NCBI GenBank assembly: GCA_016125385.1
Contig: WGLV01000021.1
Coordinates: 31,429 to 95,428 of the forward strand
Source of the DNA: a bacterium
Lineage (GTDB): Bacteria > Hinthialibacterota > Hinthialibacteria > Hinthialibacterales > Hinthialibacteraceae
Length of the DNA stretch: 64,000 nucleotides
Direction of reading: 5' to 3'
The position numbers and the translations under genes were made by a program. Shown here piece after piece: positions 19,904 through 29,352 of the stretch. The stretch's first letter is position 1, and the number at the start of each line of letters is the position of its first letter. The notes beneath the pieces were generated by a model. It was not told where the DNA came from and did no database searches. It saw only the letters and a program-made list of their open reading frames with translations.

Positions 19904-22273
19904 TCAGGCCCAGCCCAGCGCGGCGCCGATCTGGTAGGCGGCCAATGCGCCGATGTACGCCAGCGTGGTCATGTATACAAAAGTGACCACCGGCCAGGTC
20001 CATGAGTTGGTTTCACGCTTGATGACCGCGAGCGTAGAGACGCACTGGCTGCATAGCGCGAAGAACACCATGATCGAAATCGCCACCGCCAGGTTAAAGA
20101 GCGGCTTTCCGTCTTCAGAGCGGGCGTTGTGCAACGTAGCAACCAGGCTGTCCGACTCTTCATCCGCTTCGGACCCGAGGTTGAAGATCGTGCCCAGCGT
20201 CGAGATGATAACCTCGCGCGCGGGAAACGACGCCAGCGTCGCCATGCCGATGCGCCAGTCCCAGCCCAGCGGTTTGACGGCGGGCTCGATCAAATGGCCC
20301 AGCCGCCCGAGAAAACTGTTTCGAACCGATTCTCCATTTTCGCGCCAGTCGTATTCCTGAAGACTTTCGTCCAGCGTCCGGCGCAGCGAGACGATGGGCC
20401 GAACGGCGTCACTGACGGATTCGGCTTCATCTTCGGGAACCGCGAGGCGAGAGTCGGTCTCAACGGAATCCACCAATACTTTCGGCCCCATTCCGGCGTT
20501 GTATTTCACCGGATCAAACCGAATCAGCAAGGGCTGGGCCTGAGCGGCGAAGGCGGCCTGCGCCTCGGCGCGCAAGGCGTCGTACTTGAGCTCGATTTCG
20601 GTTGAATGGGGAAAATAGGCCAGAGCCCAAACCACCATCGTCGAAGCGAAGATGATCGTGCCGGCCCGCGCCAGAAAAGCGGTCACGCGTTCATACACGT
20701 ACAAGCCCACGTTGCGGACGGATGGCCATTTATAACTGGGCATCTCAAGCACGAACGCCGACGCTTCACCGCGAAAGACCAGTTTTTTCGCGATCCACGC
20801 GACGGGCACCGCCACCAGAATCCCCACCATGTACATGCCCAACAGCGCGAGCCCCTGCAGGTTGCCCCATGAGCCGAACAACGCCCGGTTGGGTACAAAG
20901 GCCGCGATGAAGAGCAGGTAAACCGGCAGGCGCGCCGAGCAACTCATCAGCGGGGCGACCAGAATGGTGACCAGCCGGTCGCGGCGGTCTTCAATGGTTC
21001 GGGTGGCCATCACGCCCGGCACGGCGCAGGCGAACGACGAAATCATCGGGATAAACGACTTGCCAGACAGGCCCAGCGCACGCAGCAGACGGTCCATCAG
21101 GTACGCGGCGCGCGGCAGGTAACCGCAGTCTTCCAGTATGGCGAGAAAGAAAAAGAGAATCGCGATCTGAGGGACGAAGATCACCACCGAACCCACGCCC
21201 GCGAAAACGCCGTCAACCACCAGGCTGTGTAACGCGCCTTCGGGTATCAGGCCTCCCACGAAGCTGGAGGCGGCGCCGACGACCGCGTCGATGGCGTCCA
21301 TAAACGGGCCCGCCCATGAATAAATCGACTGGAAAACCAGCGCCATGATGACGATGAAAATAAGCGTGCCCCAACCCCGGTGAGTCAACACCTCGTCAAT
21401 GCGGTCCGAGGTGGTTTTCACTTCGGCGGCGGGGCGGGTGAGGCATGGAGCGAGGACGCGCGACGCCCATTCATACCGGGTTTTGGTTTCGATCGCGGTC
21501 AGGGGCAGCCCGCCGCCGATGCCGTCACGCGCCTGGTTGAGCTCATCGGCGAAGGCGGCGCCATACCGGTCGATGAGACGCTTTTCGGTATAGGCGTCTC
21601 GGTCGATCAGAGCGCGTTCGAGTTCGAGATCATACAATCCCGCGCCCTTGCCGCGGGCTTCGATCCACCCGCGCAGCGATTTCACGGCCTGTTGAAACGA
21701 CTCAGGCATGACGGGCTTATTAAAGCAAGGCGCTTCGTCGCGCGCGAGCACTTCAGCGACGGCCTGCCGAACTTCATTCACGCCCTGACGTCGGCTGGCG
21801 CAGATCGGCACGACCGGCGCGCCAATGGCGTTCGACATCGCTTCGATGCATACCGAAAGACCGCGCGCCTCGGCGACGTCGATCATGTTGAGCGCGACGA
21901 CCACCGGGCGGCCCAGTTCGAGAATCTGCGAGAGAAAATACAGGTTGCGGTTGAGGTTGCTGGCGTCGATGATCGCCAGAATCAGATCGACGGGTTTTTC
22001 ACCCGCCTGCTTGCCGAGAAGAACATCGGTCACCACCACTTCATCCAGCGAACGCGCCGCCAGGCTGTAGCTGCCGGGCAGGTCGATCAGTTCGACGTTG
22101 CAGCCTTCAACCTGAAAACGGCCGGTTTTTCGCTCGACGGTGACGCCGGGATAATTGCCGACTTTTTGATTGAGGCCGGTCAACACGTTGAAGAGCGTGG
22201 TTTTGCCGGTGTTGGGGTTGCCGACCAGGGCGACGCGGACTTCTTTTGGCGGGGCCGGGGCTGTTATCGTCAT
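19904..22273 (-). CDS. feoB: Ferrous iron transporter FeoB
   Basis: The N-terminal G-domain carries a G1 loop, VALVGNPNTGKTTLFN, and is followed by a polytopic membrane domain. The protein is 789 aa. Confidence 0.9.
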   Translation of the reverse strand: MTITAPAPPKEVRVALVGNPNTGKTTLFNVLTGLNQKVGNYPGVTVERKTGRFQVEGCNVELIDLPGSYSLAARSLDEVVVTDVLLGKQAGEKPVDLILAIIDASNLNRNLYFLSQILELGRPVVVALNMIDVAEARGLSVCIEAMSNAIGAPVVPICASRRQGVNEVRQAVAEVLARDEAPCFNKPVMPESFQQAVKSLRGWIEARGKGAGLYDLELERALIDRDAYTEKRLIDRYGAAFADELNQARDGIGGGLPLTAIETKTRYEWASRVLAPCLTRPAAEVKTTSDRIDEVLTHRGWGTLIFIVIMALVFQSIYSWAGPFMDAIDAVVGAASSFVGGLIPEGALHSLVVDGVFAGVGSVVIFVPQIAILFFFLAILEDCGYLPRAAYLMDRLLRALGLSGKSFIPMISSFACAVPGVMATRTIEDRRDRLVTILVAPLMSCSARLPVYLLFIAAFVPNRALFGSWGNLQGLALLGMYMVGILVAVPVAWIAKKLVFRGEASAFVLEMPSYKWPSVRNVGLYVYERVTAFLARAGTIIFASTMVVWALAYFPHSTEIELKYDALRAEAQAAFAAQAQPLLIRFDPVKYNAGMGPKVLVDSVETDSRLAVPEDEAESVSDAVRPIVSLRRTLDESLQEYDWRENGESVRNSFLGRLGHLIEPAVKPLGWDWRIGMATLASFPAREVIISTLGTIFNLGSEADEESDSLVATLHNARSEDGKPLFNLAVAISIMVFFALCSQCVSTLAVIKRETNSWTWPVVTFVYMTTLAYIGALAAYQIGAALGWA

Positions 22274-22487
22274 GGTTGCTTAACTTGTCTCCTGCCAATG
22301 GGGCGTTTCGCCGAAACGGCGTGATTTCGCCTGAAAACGGCGATGAAAAAAGGGGGATGGCGAATGACTCCTCCCCCTTTTGTTTTCAATATGAAAAATG
22401 CACGAACCACGGCGCCGCATAAACGCTTGCGCGTTTTCCCCAAATCACCCCCGTGCGGCTAATGCGAACGTTATTACGCGGCGGCGA

Positions 22488-22787
22488 TCAGACGCGGCGC
22501 GCGGCTCCTGCGTAAGCCGAATCGCCGGCGTACACGCTCTCCAAACCGCCGAGCAACGTCGGATCGATGGGCGACACGCGGATTCCGTCGAGCTGATCGG
22601 GCCGCACGCAAAGCCGGGTATCGCCCACCTGGAGAATCAGCGGGGCGCCCGCGCGCACGATGCGAACCTGTTCGCCGGGGAGCAGGCCCATTTCAAGCAA
22701 TCGGGCGATGATCTGAGACTGGCCATCCATGCGGGTTATGACGCCTGTCGCGCCCTCGGTGCAGTCACAAAGTCGATGTTCCGTCAT
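22488..22787 (-). CDS. feoA: FeoA family protein
   Basis: The internal ATG at 22787 gives MTEHRLCDCTEGATGVITRMDG...LLEMGLLPGEQVRIVRAGAPLILQVGDTRL, an SH3-like FeoA domain. It lies directly upstream of feoB. Confidence 0.75.
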   Translation of the reverse strand: MTEHRLCDCTEGATGVITRMDGQSQIIARLLEMGLLPGEQVRIVRAGAPLILQVGDTRLCVRPDQLDGIRVSPIDPTLLGGLESVYAGDSAYAGAARRV

Positions 22788-22824
22788 GATCTGATGTCCT
22801 TTCAACGATGCGAAAAAATACGGC

Positions 22825-23493
22825 TTAGACGGCCGAACGTTTGCGTTTTCGGGTTTCATGCGGGGCGGGCGCGTCGATCGGAGTCAGCGAGAGACACTCG
22901 CCCACCGGTTCACAGAGCGGGCACCGGCCCGACTGGGTACAGATGGTTTCATCGCCGTTCATTTCGGCGATCAGCGCCTTGGTCAGTTTATCTTTTGACA
23001 GAAGCGCCTGAAGAAAGCGCAACAGCCCTTCCGACGACTCGGGGCTGAGCAGGTGCTCCATTTTGCAGGCGTCTTCCCGCGCGGTTTCGGCGGGCACGCC
23101 CAGAACGTCTTCGAAAAAGCGATGGAGCAGGACGAAATTATGTTCGATGGAGCGCGCGAGACGCTCGCCTTCTTCGGTCAACAATAAAAAGCGGTTGGGG
23201 TCTTCTTTGACAAGCCCCCGCTCTTTGAGCTGAGACAGAGCCAGTGAAGCCGCGCCGCGCGAAATGTTCAGATGACCGGCGACGTCGGTGACGCGGGCGT
23301 ATCCGTTGCTGGTGCGCAGGCTGTCGATCGCCATCAGATAATGAGCGACGGAATGGCTGACCTCATTATCGTCAAACGCTCGCCAGTGGGATGAGTCATT
23401 GGCTACCAGAACCACGATCGCCGGGCCTCCGAAAGAGGGTGCTTGAAGCGCGTGAGGATCGCTTTCTAAACGATGCTCCACGCTCACGTCCAT
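22825..23493 (-). CDS. DtxR/MntR-family metal-dependent transcriptional regulator with an atypical Cys-rich C-terminus
   Basis: The HTH region is HYLMAIDSLRTSNGYARVTDVAGHLNISRGAASLALSQLKERGLV. A CTQSGRCPLCEPVGEC cluster near the C-terminus replaces the usual SH3-like domain. The N-terminal extension of about 45 aa may reflect a wrong start codon. Confidence 0.7.
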   Translation of the reverse strand: MDVSVEHRLESDPHALQAPSFGGPAIVVLVANDSSHWRAFDDNEVSHSVAHYLMAIDSLRTSNGYARVTDVAGHLNISRGAASLALSQLKERGLVKEDPNRFLLLTEEGERLARSIEHNFVLLHRFFEDVLGVPAETAREDACKMEHLLSPESSEGLLRFLQALLSKDKLTKALIAEMNGDETICTQSGRCPLCEPVGECLSLTPIDAPAPHETRKRKRSAV

Positions 23494-23582
23494 TTGTTAA
23501 CTAAGCATAACATCTGTTCGCTGATTCCGGAAGCGGCTTTGCCGATTTTTTTTCGATTAATTTCATTTTTCGGAAGGGCGAG

Positions 23583-24215
23583 CTAATTCGCCAGGGCGCC
23601 GAGGCGTCGCAGGTCTTCGCGCAGGCGCTCGGGCGACTCAAAGCGGATGGCCTGCAGGCCCGCCGCGAGCGCGCCGTCGACGTTGTGTTGCATATCGTCG
23701 ATAAAGAGCGTCTCCGCCGCGCTTAACCCGTATTTCGTCAGGATGTTATCATAAATCTCGCGCTCGGGTTTCACGCATCGCACCTGATATGAAACCACCG
23801 CGCCATCGAACAGCGGCCAGAAGCCCCACCGGGGAATCAGACGCTGAAACGGCTCTTCCATGAAATTCGAAAGTATATATAACGGAGCGCCATTCGATTT
23901 GAGTTCACGGACGATATCCAGCGTGGCGGGGATCGGCTCAAACATGTCCCACCAGCGTTCAAACAGCCGATCGATCGCCGCGCCATGTTCAGGATAAAGC
24001 CGGTGGTAGAGCGAGATTCCATCGCTAAGCGGCAGGACGCCGCGATCCATCTCAATCCACTCCGGTCCGCCGAAGATCCGCTTCAGGACAAAATCACGAT
24101 CGGCGGGGTCGTCGAATAACCGCGCCGCGAAGCCCCCCGGATCGAAAGTCACCATAACGCCGCCGATATCAAAGATTACGTTGCGAATCGGGTGAGAGTT
24201 GCTACAATGACTCAA
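23583..24215 (-). CDS. HAD-superfamily hydrolase
   Basis: Motif I is VIFDIGGVM (DxG) and the motif IV-like block is LFIDDMQHN. Confidence 0.7.
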   Translation of the reverse strand: MSHCSNSHPIRNVIFDIGGVMVTFDPGGFAARLFDDPADRDFVLKRIFGGPEWIEMDRGVLPLSDGISLYHRLYPEHGAAIDRLFERWWDMFEPIPATLDIVRELKSNGAPLYILSNFMEEPFQRLIPRWGFWPLFDGAVVSYQVRCVKPEREIYDNILTKYGLSAAETLFIDDMQHNVDGALAAGLQAIRFESPERLREDLRRLGALAN

Positions 24216-24297
24216 TCTGGAAGCCCTCCAGTCCGGGAGACGTTTCGGCCACGGGCGGCCGTTCCGGCCTATTGTATATGGAAAGAGGAATTATGCG

Positions 24298-24681
24298 ATG
24301 AGCAGCAGCAGCAAGCGTTTTTTACGGGATAACACATTGGCCGAAATGCTGGATGAGATAAGGAATATCTCCTCCAAAGTCTCCGACAGCGAATTCCCCA
24401 CCATGATGTTCACCAAGTCGCTGTCTTCGATTTCAGAATTGTATGAGGTCAACATTCACGTGCTGCGGCGGCTTGAGAGCGCGATCGAACAGATTCGTGA
24501 TATTCCCGACACCAAAGACGTTCTCGAAGACATCGTCGACGCGGCGGCGCACGTGCAGATCGGCCTGGTGAGCGTTCATACCTCACTGAAAGCCGACATC
24601 GTGACCCTGATGGATTCGTTGCAGAATCTGAAAAACACCTTCACGGACGATGAAGAAGAACCGTCCGCGGCGAATAATTGA
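24298..24681 (+). CDS. Hypothetical acidic helical protein (orphan)
   Basis: 127-aa ORF at about 48-50% GC against the roughly 63% GC background. I recognise no motif. Confidence 0.35.
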   Translation: MSSSSKRFLRDNTLAEMLDEIRNISSKVSDSEFPTMMFTKSLSSISELYEVNIHVLRRLESAIEQIRDIPDTKDVLEDIVDAAAHVQIGLVSVHTSLKADIVTLMDSLQNLKNTFTDDEEEPSAANN

Positions 24682-24714
24682 AAAGAGCGCAGGCAGGCAA
24701 CGGCGAACGGCGGG

Positions 24715-25695
24715 TTATCGGACTTTGTATCCCGTCACCGATTTTTTGGCGCGATTATCCCAGATAAAATAATTGCGGTTTTGAAGCATCACTCGCTCAA
24801 GCACTTTGATCGGGTATGAACGCCCCAGACTCACCGGGTCGACGTTACCCGCCACCTCCCACTTACTCGAACCTTTCTTCATTGCCAGAGTCACCATATC
24901 GAGCGGAAGCGTCTCATACACGGCGGATCGCCCCATCTTGGTCGACACTTTTTTCACCTGATCGAGCGTCAGCGGCAGATCGTAGCTGTTATCGAGACCG
25001 GTTCCCTTGATCGGCCCCATAACGTAGACGGCGTTGCGATAGACGAAGTCTGAATCCTGGCTGCGTTTGGCCAGTTCTTTGATCGTAAAGTCGGCGTTTT
25101 TGGGGACCTGGCCCGCCAGCGCGGGGGCGCGGTGCACCAGTTTTTCAAGGTTGCGCGTCATGATGCGGATCTGATCGTCGGACGGCGTCCGGCGGGGATC
25201 GAACGTCCAGTCCTCCACCTGTACGGCGGCGGCCCGGGATCGGGGCGAGTAACTCCGGTCAAACAGCCCATAAATTCGCCGTCCCATCCACATCATCAGA
25301 TAAAACAGGGTGAGACAGAGCAAAAACCCCGCAATTCCCATGATAACAAAACCCAGCACCGGGTTTTGTTCGAGGAAGGGGTTGAGTTGAGTTTCGGCGA
25401 ACTCGCCCAGCCGGGTCATGGCGATCGCCCAGTACCTGGACCAGACTTCGATGGCGGCTTTGATCTGATTGTTGCTCCATCGGCCCAACTCACTCAACAG
25501 ACGGCCGCCGTCGTGCATCCGCAGGGCATAGTAAGGAGAGAACGAGTCAAACATCGACCGTCCCGTCATATAGTTTCGATACCCGGAATAAAAATACACG
25601 CCGCCGAAGACGCTCAAACCGATGATGGTTTTGAGGCCGATGAACTCTAAAAAGAGTTGAAAATCAGATTTTTGTGAACGGACCCGCTGTCTCAC
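24715..25695 (-). CDS. Hypothetical membrane protein (two or three TM helices in the N-terminal 150 aa, then a soluble C-terminal domain)
   Basis: 326-aa ORF at low GC. Hydrophobic stretches are IIGLSVFGGVYFY and VLGFVIMGIAGFLLCLTLFYLMMWM. An AT-rich promoter-like region lies upstream at 25700..25970. Confidence 0.45.
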   Translation of the reverse strand: MRQRVRSQKSDFQLFLEFIGLKTIIGLSVFGGVYFYSGYRNYMTGRSMFDSFSPYYALRMHDGGRLLSELGRWSNNQIKAAIEVWSRYWAIAMTRLGEFAETQLNPFLEQNPVLGFVIMGIAGFLLCLTLFYLMMWMGRRIYGLFDRSYSPRSRAAAVQVEDWTFDPRRTPSDDQIRIMTRNLEKLVHRAPALAGQVPKNADFTIKELAKRSQDSDFVYRNAVYVMGPIKGTGLDNSYDLPLTLDQVKKVSTKMGRSAVYETLPLDMVTLAMKKGSSKWEVAGNVDPVSLGRSYPIKVLERVMLQNRNYFIWDNRAKKSVTGYKVR

Positions 25696-25974
25696 AAAAA
25701 CGTCCTTTCATCCAGCGGCTTGATCTGCAAGCCTTGTCAATCTCTTACTTTATTATAACGTTTCGTTTTCGCTATTGTTGAATATCCGATAATCCGGTCC
25801 TTTTCTCTTAGAGACTCATATTCCCATATAAAATCAATCTATTTTATTTTTGTCAAATGGCAAGTTCAGTCAAAATCATCGAAAGCCCGTTGGAACCGCG
25901 CTATTTAAGCCGGTCAGGCTGAGTTTTTTTCGAACCATGACCCCTAACCCTGCCATTATCGGCCCCAAAACGAA

Positions 25975-26658
25975 ATGCTTAAATTCGGCGTGGTGACGCC
26001 AGCCCGTAACGAAGAAGCGAACATCGGCGACTGCCTGGCCTCGCTGCGGGATTTCATCGACGCGGGCGACGCCGTGCTGGTAGTCGACGCCTGTTCAAGC
26101 GATCAGACCTCGGCGGCGGCGAGCATGCCGGGCGTTGAAACCATTCGTCTTGAGACGTCATCACGCGGGATCGCGGTAAAGTGCGGCGTTGAACGGCTGA
26201 TGCAAGTGAGGCCCCGCGTTGACGCGATTCTCATCGCTCACGCCGATATGCGCTTTCAACCCGGTTCTCGCGATCGGCTGGCGCACGGGTTAATGGAGCA
26301 TCCCGAATCACCAGGCGGATCGTTCGGCCATCGGATCGACGATTCACGGGCGATTTTTCGTTGGATCGAGCGCGGCAACTCGTGGAGGGCCTCGGCGTTG
26401 CGGTTGCCGTACGGCGATCAGGCGCAGTTTTTCCGGCGGGAGGCGCTGGAGCGAATCGGCGGGTTTCCTCCATGCGACCGGCTGGAGGACCTTGAACTGT
26501 CATTGCGATTAAGACGGCTGGGCCGGATGATCGATCTCAATCATCCCGTTACGATTCCAAGCCGTCACTGGCGTAACGGCGTATTGCGCACCACCTTACG
26601 CAACTGGGGAACGCTGATCGCATATTTTAGATCGGGTGGAAATGGAACGGCGGCGTAA
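25975..26658 (+). CDS. Glycosyltransferase family 2-like protein
   Basis: The N-terminus FGVVTPARNEEANIGDCLASL is typical of GT2 proteins. A DAC..D acidic motif is present. Confidence 0.55.
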   Translation: MLKFGVVTPARNEEANIGDCLASLRDFIDAGDAVLVVDACSSDQTSAAASMPGVETIRLETSSRGIAVKCGVERLMQVRPRVDAILIAHADMRFQPGSRDRLAHGLMEHPESPGGSFGHRIDDSRAIFRWIERGNSWRASALRLPYGDQAQFFRREALERIGGFPPCDRLEDLELSLRLRRLGRMIDLNHPVTIPSRHWRNGVLRTTLRNWGTLIAYFRSGGNGTAA

Positions 26659-26670
26659 CGCCGGCGGCAA

Positions 26671-27048
26671 TCAGATCACCCAGTCCTGAACGTCTTCGGG
26701 CGGCAGCACGCGCTCGATGTAAATCATGACCGCCGCGTACATTTCATCGGGGGGATCGCCCTGGCGAACCTCGACAATGTTGCCCGCCTTGCGCATTCCG
26801 GACTCAGGGTTATGCAGTTCGACGCGCTTGCCCATGGGGTGACGTTCAACCCAGCCGTCGCGCTCCATCCGGCTGTTGAAGCGCTTGCAGCCAACCAGTA
26901 CGTTGTTAAACGTGATGATGGTGTGCTGGCGTTCGGCGGTTTCGAGGAACTCGTCCGGGGTCGCGTCGCGGCTGATTTCAGGCGCGTAGAGCTCTACCTC
27001 TTCGTCGATCAGGTTCCATCGTTCCATACCGGACATAACCGCCTCCAA
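26671..27048 (-). CDS. Hypothetical small protein
   Basis: 125-aa ORF with normal GC. I recognise no motif. It may start at an internal M (MERWNLIDEE). Confidence 0.35.
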   Translation of the reverse strand: MEAVMSGMERWNLIDEEVELYAPEISRDATPDEFLETAERQHTIITFNNVLVGCKRFNSRMERDGWVERHPMGKRVELHNPESGMRKAGNIVEVRQGDPPDEMYAAVMIYIERVLPPEDVQDWVI

Positions 27049-27149
27049 TGAGTGAACAGCCTACTGAATTGCGACTGGATGAATGACGCGCTCGCGCGGA
27101 CCGCCACGCGGCGCCGCTGGCGGGATAGTGACTCGTTGGGAGAAAAATG

Positions 27150-28709
27150 TCAACTTGAGACGGCGGAGGAGGGTGTCGGGGCCGTGAGTCCATCAGGCGT
27201 TTCGCTTACCGCCCATTGGGCGATGGCGTCAACCAGCGCGGCGGTCGCGGGTTCGTCAGGCTGAACGCGCACCTCAAACCCCAGTTCGCGCAATTCATCC
27301 GACGCGGCGGGGCTGACGCTGGCGGCGGGAACCGTCTCCGCCAGTTCGCGTAACGCTTCCGGGCTGATTTCACGAACCAGTTTTTTCACCATCGACGCGC
27401 AGGAAAAAGCGATCAGATCGTATCGGCGCGGAGGCGCGACCATGTCATGCGACGGAGGGAGCGAATCATGTTCAAGCGAGAGCGTCTCAACCCTCGCGCC
27501 CGCGCCGCGCAGCGACTTGAGCAGCCGGTCCGGCGCGGCGCCCGCCGCCAGTACGCGCTTGCCCGCCAGATCGAACGCCTGACGTAACTGGCGCACCTGA
27601 ACCGGCAGACACAGGGTCTCGGTCATGAAGTCGGGCTTGAGGCCGAACGAAGCCATCGCTTTTTCAACCACCGATCCAGCCGCGATCAATGCCGCGCCCG
27701 ATAAAGAACGCGCGTCGCCGCCGTGTTTGAACAACTCGCGCACGAACGAAGCGACCGACGGCGGCGAAGCGAACAACACGGCGTCATACTCACGCGGGTC
27801 TTTCCATCCGCAAGCAGAAGCCGGCGCTGGCGCGCGGCCATCGTGCGATTCGAGGGGCAGCTCAACCACCCGGGCGCCGAGCTCTTTCAGGCCGCTCGAC
27901 AGGCGCGATTCTTCATACCGGGAGCGGGGCGTCGCGATCACCCGGCCGAATAACGGCCTGCGTTCAAACCAGTTTAACTGCTCGCGCAGGCGAACCACCT
28001 CGCCCACCACGATCAGCCCCGGCGGGCGCAATCCCGCGCGCTCGGCCTCATCGGCGATCGATCGCAGCGGCGCGGTCAACGTGCGCTGCTCGGGAACCGT
28101 ACCCCAGCGGATCGCCGCGACGGGCGTCTCGGACGAGCGGCCATGCCGAATGAGCGCATCGGCGATGGAACGGAGCGTGGTGACGCCCATGAATATGACC
28201 AGCGTGCCTTCAAGCCCGGCGACGGCGCGCCAGTCGATCGAGGTTTCATCCTTGCAGGCGTGCTCATGCCCGGTGATCACGTGGAACGACGCCGCCAGTT
28301 CACGATGGGTCAGCGGGATGCCGGCGTAAGCAGGCACGGCGGCGGCGGCGGATACGCCCGGCACGATCTCAAACTCTACGCCGTTATCACGCAGATAGAC
28401 GCACTCTTCAGCCCCGCGTCCAAAAACAAACGGATCGCCGCCCTTCAGACGCACCACGCGGCGTCCGGACCGGGCCTCGCGGACGAGCAGCTCATTGATC
28501 GCCTCCTGCGGCATGGTGTGTTTGCCCGCCATCTTGCCGACGTAGATGCGTTCAGCGGCGGGTGGAGCCAGCGCGACGATCTCTTCGGAAACGAGATTGT
28601 CATATACCACCACATCGGCCCCAAGCAGGGCGTCGCGCCCGCGCAGCGTCAGCAGCCCGGGATCGCCCGGACCGGCGCCGATAAGAATCACTTTTGCATG
28701 ATGGGGCAT
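27150..28709 (-). CDS. cobA: Fused uroporphyrinogen-III C-methyltransferase / uroporphyrinogen-III synthase (CobA-HemD)
   Basis: The N-terminal SUMT motifs are VILIGAGPGDPGLLTLRG, VVVYD and GGDPFVFGRG. The C-terminal half of about 240 aa is HemD-like. The ATG at 28709 is preferred over the GTG at 28748. Confidence 0.8.
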   Translation of the reverse strand: MPHHAKVILIGAGPGDPGLLTLRGRDALLGADVVVYDNLVSEEIVALAPPAAERIYVGKMAGKHTMPQEAINELLVREARSGRRVVRLKGGDPFVFGRGAEECVYLRDNGVEFEIVPGVSAAAAVPAYAGIPLTHRELAASFHVITGHEHACKDETSIDWRAVAGLEGTLVIFMGVTTLRSIADALIRHGRSSETPVAAIRWGTVPEQRTLTAPLRSIADEAERAGLRPPGLIVVGEVVRLREQLNWFERRPLFGRVIATPRSRYEESRLSSGLKELGARVVELPLESHDGRAPAPASACGWKDPREYDAVLFASPPSVASFVRELFKHGGDARSLSGAALIAAGSVVEKAMASFGLKPDFMTETLCLPVQVRQLRQAFDLAGKRVLAAGAAPDRLLKSLRGAGARVETLSLEHDSLPPSHDMVAPPRRYDLIAFSCASMVKKLVREISPEALRELAETVPAASVSPAASDELRELGFEVRVQPDEPATAALVDAIAQWAVSETPDGLTAPTPSSAVSS

Positions 28710-28826
28710 GTGAAGCCGCCTCGTTTCCGTAATTGATACGATCTTCACCTGACATTATAGAACCGGTTTGCGGAAGCGAAGAGATTTCACCAGGCGCGGC
28801 GGCGGCAAGACGGGGAGATAAAACAA

Positions 28827-28857
28827 GCAGGGGGCGGGTTTCAAACCCGCCCCCTGC
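28827..28857. repeat. Hairpin-A palindrome (GCAGGGGGCGGGTTT-c-AAACCCGCCCCCTGC)
   Basis: Perfect 15-bp inverted repeat upstream of cobA. It belongs to the dispersed family that also occurs at 29165, 33737, 35743, 36172 and 58085. Confidence 0.8.
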
Positions 28858-28949
28858 GATCTGACGACTCTCATTTACCTGTCGAATCCGTGTTCCCCGT
28901 GTTTCTCATTCGCCAAAATTCAAAGGCGGTTCTCAATCACTGACCCGTC

Positions 28950-29345
28950 AGTGACCAGCGGGAGCGTTATACGCATACAGCCCAAAGACTCGCCACGGCC
29001 GCTGGCCGCGGCCAACGCGAGCGGTTTTGATTCTCCCACCGAATATCGGGGGGATTTAGAGGGGGGGGGGGGTGAGCGCACGATTGAAAGAGCCGCGCAT
29101 CCCGACAACCCCCTCCTTCGCCTCCCCCATCTTGGGGGAGGAAAACGACGTTCGATCACGCCTCAGGGGGCGGGTTTGAAACCCGCCCCTACGGCCGACC
29201 GTTTCTGATTTATCAATCGGTTATGTGTTTCCAGCGTTCCTGGTAAACCAAAAATCCGAAACCGTTTCTGCATCAGATCGCCTTAGCAACCAACGGGCGC
29301 GCTATACGCGTACAGCCCAAATACCGGGCAGCCGACACTGTCGGC
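28950..29345. repeat. Composite multi-hairpin intergenic repeat element (inverted orientation relative to the 35.4-36.2 kb copies)
   Basis: It contains a diverged R-unit at 28955..29020, a G/C homopolymer, and the GACAACCCCCTCCTTCGCCTC block. It also contains hairpin B at 29121..29141 (CCTCCCCCA-tct-TGGGGGAGG), hairpin A at 29165..29190, and an R-unit plus hairpin C at 29291..29345 (GCCGACA-c-TGTCGGC). Confidence 0.75.
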
Positions 29346-29352
29346 AGACCGC

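Noticed and set aside
23494-23582. DtxR operator upstream of the dtxR-feoAB operon
   Set aside because: An AT-rich segment matches only 12 of 19 positions of the IdeR/DtxR box consensus. This is too weak to call a site without experimental or comparative support. I kept it as a note inside a finding rather than as a feature.
28920-29208. ORFs 28920..29159 (minus strand) and 28951..29208 (plus strand) within the repeat-rich intergenic region
   Set aside because: They lie entirely inside homopolymer G/C and hairpin repeat sequence. The translations are low-complexity (GGGGER, PPPPS). They are not credible genes.
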